Below are positions 7,510-10,839 of a DNA stretch of 10,839 nt, piece after piece. The translations under genes were made by a program, and so were the position numbers. The notes below the pieces were generated by a model. The model was given only the letters and a program-made list of their open reading frames with translations, was not told the DNA's origin and searched no databases. Numbering within the stretch: position 1 is the stretch's first letter; each line of letters starts with the position of its first letter. The stretch is from a virus, in the UHGV virus genome UHGV-0134099; one strand, 5' to 3'.

Positions 7510-8921
7510 TCCACCGTAAATTGAATGCCTGATTTTGAGGTATATGATCCAACCTGATTCCGTGGTTCTCCTGAAGGTGTCGAATCTTGTGCTGGCGCTG
7601 CGTCAGTATTCATTGACATATACCGCTTAACGGCACTCCCCAATGATTCACCTTTTTTAACATCCAACCCCAATATCTGACCGCCATTACGCGATTGTCC
7701 TGGATTGCCATTCGCGCTCATCCACTCGGCTTTAAACTCATTAAACTGCGCGTTTCGTCGCTCAAGGTTTGCCATCGCATCAAGCCATCTTGCGACCGTC
7801 TCAGGGTTATCCATGTCAGTTGGTGCACCCTGCCGAACGATCTCAACGTCTTTATCCGTTGCGGGGCCGGGAGGTAGGAATTTAAGAACCTGACTGTTAA
7901 CAAGGGCATTTTGGCGGATGCGCAAATCACGCAATGTTGTATCGCTTCCGGTAAGTTTTGCGAACATGTTCTGTGCGTTACCGAACAAACCTGTCGTTGG
8001 TTTTTCTGCTCTGAACTGTTGAGCAAGCGCACTCATAGAATTGGCTGAGTTTGATGATGCTGTAGCATTGTTTACAGCCGTCTCGATGCCTTTTTCCATG
8101 TTTACTGACAGCTTAGGTGCTTCGCTAATCAACTGCTGAGCCTTTTCCTGTGCTTGCTGCATCTTAAACCCGAACTCTTGCTGATCCAGAGCCAAGCGTT
8201 GTGCTGCGATATTGTGTCCAGTCATTGCTGACTGATAGGAAAGGTTTTGCCCTCTCGCCTGAAGTGCTTCTCCAGCCTGATTGCTGCGGATTGTCTCTGC
8301 CAGCCTGCCTCGGTCAATTTCACGACCAGCCATCTTATCCTGAACAGCAAACGCCTTTTCTGGTCCAAGCGCACCGAGAGACATAGTAGTCAGCATGTGT
8401 GATAGCTGCTCTGGATTCTGGATACCTGTCTGAATCATCCAGTCAGCATTCGCCCCCACGCGATTTAACCCGTCCTTGTTGTCAGTAATGAATTTACTGT
8501 AGGCTTCCGGTCCCTGAGAAAGAGCGACGTTAGCCCTCATGGCTAACTCGCCCATATCGTTGCGTTGCTGCTCATTAAGACCGGAAAACGCCTGTTGTGC
8601 CTGTGCAACAAACGCTGGATTTTCCTGGGCAAACTTAAATAGTCCAGATGGATCACCAGAAGCCCATGCATCAGCGTGAACCTTATTGAACGCACTAATA
8701 GCTTTCTGTTGCTGTTCCTGATTGTAAATATCAGCAACTCCAGCCAGACCACGTAACGCGGTCAGACCAACGTTATTTGCACCTGAGCGAGCCAGTTCAT
8801 TGTTTTCGCGGATCAGGCCAAGCGTTGCGTTAATGTCGCTTGCCTTTGGCGCATTCTCATTTTGCGTACCGATGCCAGCAAGAAAACCACCAGAATTAAT
8901 ACCCTGTTGCCACGTAGCCAT
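7506..8921 (-). CDS. Ejection (injection) protein gp20 homolog, P22-like
   Basis: 471 aa, the same length as P22 gp20 as I recall. Sits between the gp7 and gp16 homologs. AAGGGG Shine-Dalgarno upstream of the ATG. Confidence 0.75.
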   Translation of the reverse strand: MATWQQGINSGGFLAGIGTQNENAPKASDINATLGLIRENNELARSGANNVGLTALRGLAGVADIYNQEQQQKAISAFNKVHADAWASGDPSGLFKFAQENPAFVAQAQQAFSGLNEQQRNDMGELAMRANVALSQGPEAYSKFITDNKDGLNRVGANADWMIQTGIQNPEQLSHMLTTMSLGALGPEKAFAVQDKMAGREIDRGRLAETIRSNQAGEALQARGQNLSYQSAMTGHNIAAQRLALDQQEFGFKMQQAQEKAQQLISEAPKLSVNMEKGIETAVNNATASSNSANSMSALAQQFRAEKPTTGLFGNAQNMFAKLTGSDTTLRDLRIRQNALVNSQVLKFLPPGPATDKDVEIVRQGAPTDMDNPETVARWLDAMANLERRNAQFNEFKAEWMSANGNPGQSRNGGQILGLDVKKGESLGSAVKRYMSMNTDAAPAQDSTPSGEPRNQVGSYTSKSGIQFTVE

Positions 8922-8930
8922 GATTACCCC

Positions 8931-9593
8931 TTAATAAAGCAGTGAACCAAGCAGACCGATACCAGCACCGATACCAGCACCCCACGGAGTTGATGAACCA
9001 ATTAATTTCGCAAGTCCAGCCCCAGCAATAGCACCAGACGCACCTCCGCCAATAGCAGATTGCATTGCTGATGGTCTGTTGGCATTTGCCGCTGCAAGAG
9101 CCGCACTTTGCTGCGAAATCTGACTCATGTTGTTGGCATATGTCTGCCCGGCGTTTGCCTGACCTTGCAGTGCGCCAAGACCAATGTTTGCCAGATTCTG
9201 GTAGTTGTTCATCTGACCAGACAGCCACTGCTGACCAAGCGTTGGTGCGATTGTTGCTAACTGATTACCGGTTGCGGTGGAACCCAATCCACCTGTTGCT
9301 TCCGCTGCCGCCAGACTCTGATAGCGAGCCTGACCAGCAAGATCTTTGTACTGCTGAGAGTTGTAATACTGGTTAAGTGCCTGACCTTGCCCTTCCAGAG
9401 ACGATAAGTTCTCGAGGCTGCCGACATACTTATCAGCCAGAGGAGTAAACGGCTTTAGGTTATTCATGATGGTGTTGAACTGCTGATTTTGCAGGTCTGC
9501 TGCATACTTCGTAAGCGTCGTCTCAGCACCGTCTGGCAGATCCTGATATTCCTGAGAGGATAGTGGACACCAAATATGGTGGACGCTATCCAT
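8931..9593 (-). CDS. Ejection protein gp7 homolog, 5' end interrupted by the IS66-family insertion (ORF as drawn is probably a truncated or chimeric gene)
   Basis: Gly/Ala/Gln-rich C-terminal region and position match P22 gp7. The ORF's ATG (9593) overlaps the IS tnpA start (9592) on the opposite strand, so the first codons are encoded by IS DNA. The native gp7 5' end and the upstream late genes must lie beyond the IS, outside the window. Confidence 0.6.
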   Translation of the reverse strand: MDSVHHIWCPLSSQEYQDLPDGAETTLTKYAADLQNQQFNTIMNNLKPFTPLADKYVGSLENLSSLEGQGQALNQYYNSQQYKDLAGQARYQSLAAAEATGGLGSTATGNQLATIAPTLGQQWLSGQMNNYQNLANIGLGALQGQANAGQTYANNMSQISQQSAALAAANANRPSAMQSAIGGGASGAIAGAGLAKLIGSSTPWGAGIGAGIGLLGSLLY

Positions 9594-9996
9594 GAAATCA
9601 TTAACCGCAGTGCGTAAAAAAAGCCCTAATTATCCCGTTGAGTTCAAAATCAAAATGGTTGAACTCTCGCATCGACCAGAGATCTCCGTAGCGCAACTCG
9701 CTCGTGAGCATGGGATCAACGATAATTTGCTGTTCAAGTGGCGCCAGTACTGGCGCGAAGGAAAACTACGTCCTCCTTCAACAACAGAAAACAACGTGCC
9801 TGAGCTGCTCCCGATAACACTTGATACCGAAGATGTTGTCCCTGCAACCTCCCCCCGGTCACAACCTGTAGCTGCTGCGGCACCTGAATCACTCAATATC
9901 AGCTGTGAAGTGACGTTCCGGCACGGATCACTCCGTCTGAATGGTGCCATCAGCGAAAATATCCTGAACCTGCTGATACGGGAGCTCAAACGTTGA
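9592..9996 (+). CDS. tnpA: IS66-family accessory protein TnpA (orf1)
   Basis: 134 aa with a helix-turn-helix-like segment (SVAQLAREHGINDNLLFKWRQYW) typical of IS66 orf1. Stop overlaps the tnpB start (TTGA). Confidence 0.8.
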   Translation: MKSLTAVRKKSPNYPVEFKIKMVELSHRPEISVAQLAREHGINDNLLFKWRQYWREGKLRPPSTTENNVPELLPITLDTEDVVPATSPRSQPVAAAAPESLNISCEVTFRHGSLRLNGAISENILNLLIRELKR

Positions 9997-10340
9997 TCCC
10001 ATTACCATCAGGGACCAAAATCTGGCTGGTTGCCGGCATTACCGACATGCGAAACGGCTTCAATGGTCTGGCCGCAAAGGTGCAGACGACGCTGAAAGAC
10101 GATCCGATGTCAGGTCACGTTTTTATCTTCCGTGGGCGTAATGGCAGTCAGGTAAAGCTCCTCTGGTCTACCGGCGATGGACTGTGTCTGCTGACCAAAC
10201 GGCTGGAGCGCGGCCGCTTCGCCTGGCCGTCAGCCCGGGATGGCAAAGTGTTCCTCACACCGGCACAGCTGGCGATGCTCCTTGAAGGTATCGACTGGCG
10301 GCAGCCTAAAAGACTGCTTACGTCACTGACTATGTTGTAG
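9993..10340 (+). CDS. tnpB: IS66-family accessory protein TnpB (orf2)
   Basis: MIPLPSGTKIWLVAGITDMRNGFNGLAAKVQ...FIFRGRNGSQVKLLW...GLCLLTKRLE matches the highly conserved IS66 Orf2 family. Apparent TTG start overlapping the tnpA stop. Confidence 0.85.
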   Translation: MIPLPSGTKIWLVAGITDMRNGFNGLAAKVQTTLKDDPMSGHVFIFRGRNGSQVKLLWSTGDGLCLLTKRLERGRFAWPSARDGKVFLTPAQLAMLLEGIDWRQPKRLLTSLTML

Positions 10341-10388
10341 GCCTCTTTATCCTGGTCGACGCTGAATGAGCCTGGTAATATACCCGGT

Positions 10389-10839
10389 ATGAACAGCTTA
10401 CTTCCTGACGATATCGATGAACTGAAACGTCTCCTTGCCGAACAGGAGGCGCTGAACCGTGCCCTTCTGGAAAAGCTGAACGAGCGTGAACGCGAAATAG
10501 ATCACCTGCAGGCGCAACTGGATAAGCTGCGCCGGATGAACTTCGGCAGCCGCTCCGAAAAAGTCTCCCGCCGTATCGCGCAGATGGAAGCCGACCTTAA
10601 GCAGTTGCAGAAAGAAAGCGATACCCTTACCGGCCGGGTGGATGACCCGGCCGTGCAGCGCCCGCTGCGGCAGACCCGTACCCGCAAACCGTTCCCTGAA
10701 TCACTTCCCCGTGACGAAAAACGGCTGCTGCCGGCAGCGTCATGCTGCCCGGAATGTGGTGGTGCGCTGAGTTACCTGGGTGAAGATGCCGCCGAACAGC
10801 TGGAGCTGATGCGCAGCGCCTTCCGGGTTATCCGGACAG
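10389..10839 (+). CDS. tnpC: IS66-family transposase TnpC (orf3), N-terminal 150 aa only; continues beyond the window
   Basis: Open frame from the ATG at 10389 to the window end: MNSLLPDDIDELKRLLAEQEALNRALLEKLNEREREIDHLQAQL (leucine-zipper-like coiled coil), then CCPECGG zinc-ribbon motif, typical of IS66 transposase N-termini. Absent from the ORF track because no stop is reached. Confidence 0.8.
   Translation, partial: MNSLLPDDIDELKRLLAEQEALNRALLEKLNEREREIDHLQAQLDKLRRMNFGSRSEKVSRRIAQMEADLKQLQKESDTLTGRVDDPAVQRPLRQTRTRKPFPESLPRDEKRLLPAASCCPECGGALSYLGEDAAEQLELMRSAFRVIRT

Larger units (their letters stand above)
9512..10839 (+). mobile_element. IS66-family insertion sequence (tnpA-tnpB-tnpC organisation), partial; right end beyond the window
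   Basis: Three co-directional ORFs with the canonical IS66 architecture. GTAAGCG at 9512-9518 fits my recollection that IS66-family terminal repeats begin this way, about 80 bp upstream of tnpA. The left boundary is uncertain within about 9512-9590. Confidence 0.8.

Noticed and set aside
9551-9590. Alternative IS left boundary near 9556-9590 (direct repeat gtggac...gtggac and partial palindrome gatag...ctatc)
   Set aside because: Not resolved, but GTAAGCG at 9512 is the better match to my recollection of IS66-family termini and gives the usual spacing of about 80 bp to tnpA; the boundary remains uncertain without the right end or a database comparison.
366-10687. Numerous 60-135 aa ORFs on the strand opposite to or overlapping the large genes (for example 366-650+, 678-926+, 1539-1763-, 2676-2921+, 3005-3412+, 3830-4060+, 4310-4579+, 4790-5029-, 5763-6002+, 6542-6745+, 7718-8032-, 8896-9228-, 9065-9376+, 9630-9989-, 10502-10687-)
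   Set aside because: They are embedded in or antisense to well-supported phage or IS genes, lack ribosome-binding sites and have low-complexity or odd composition; treated as spurious.
1-10839. CRISPR arrays, rRNA or tRNA genes, and long tandem repeats
   Set aside because: No regularly spaced direct repeats, no rRNA-like or cloverleaf tRNA-like sequences were seen on inspection of either strand.

Overview
This window is the right end of a mosaic P22-like prophage integrated at a lambda-type attachment site, with an IS66-family insertion sequence in its late operon. Reading left to right on the + strand: about 40 bp of host flank; a hybrid attR site (phage P arm, 15-bp lambda core, bacterial B' arm) with arm-type Int sites and a sib/tI-like terminator; an AT-rich hexapeptide-repeat acetyltransferase gene (- strand, likely a lysogenic-conversion moron); a P22-type tailspike gene (- strand) with the conserved head-binding N-domain; and a complete P22 immI module (ant, candidate sar antisense RNA, arc, the Arc and Mnt operators, mnt). 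Mnt is translationally coupled to two small signal-peptide proteins that sit where P22 carries sieA; I consider this cassette the best candidate for an undescribed lysogen-expressed exclusion or defence function. Further right are the ejection-protein genes gp16, gp20 and gp7 (- strand); gp7 is interrupted at its 5' end by the IS66-family element (tnpA, tnpB and a partial tnpC), which runs off the window. All identifications rest on reading the translated ORFs and on remembered sequences of P22 and lambda; no database search was run.
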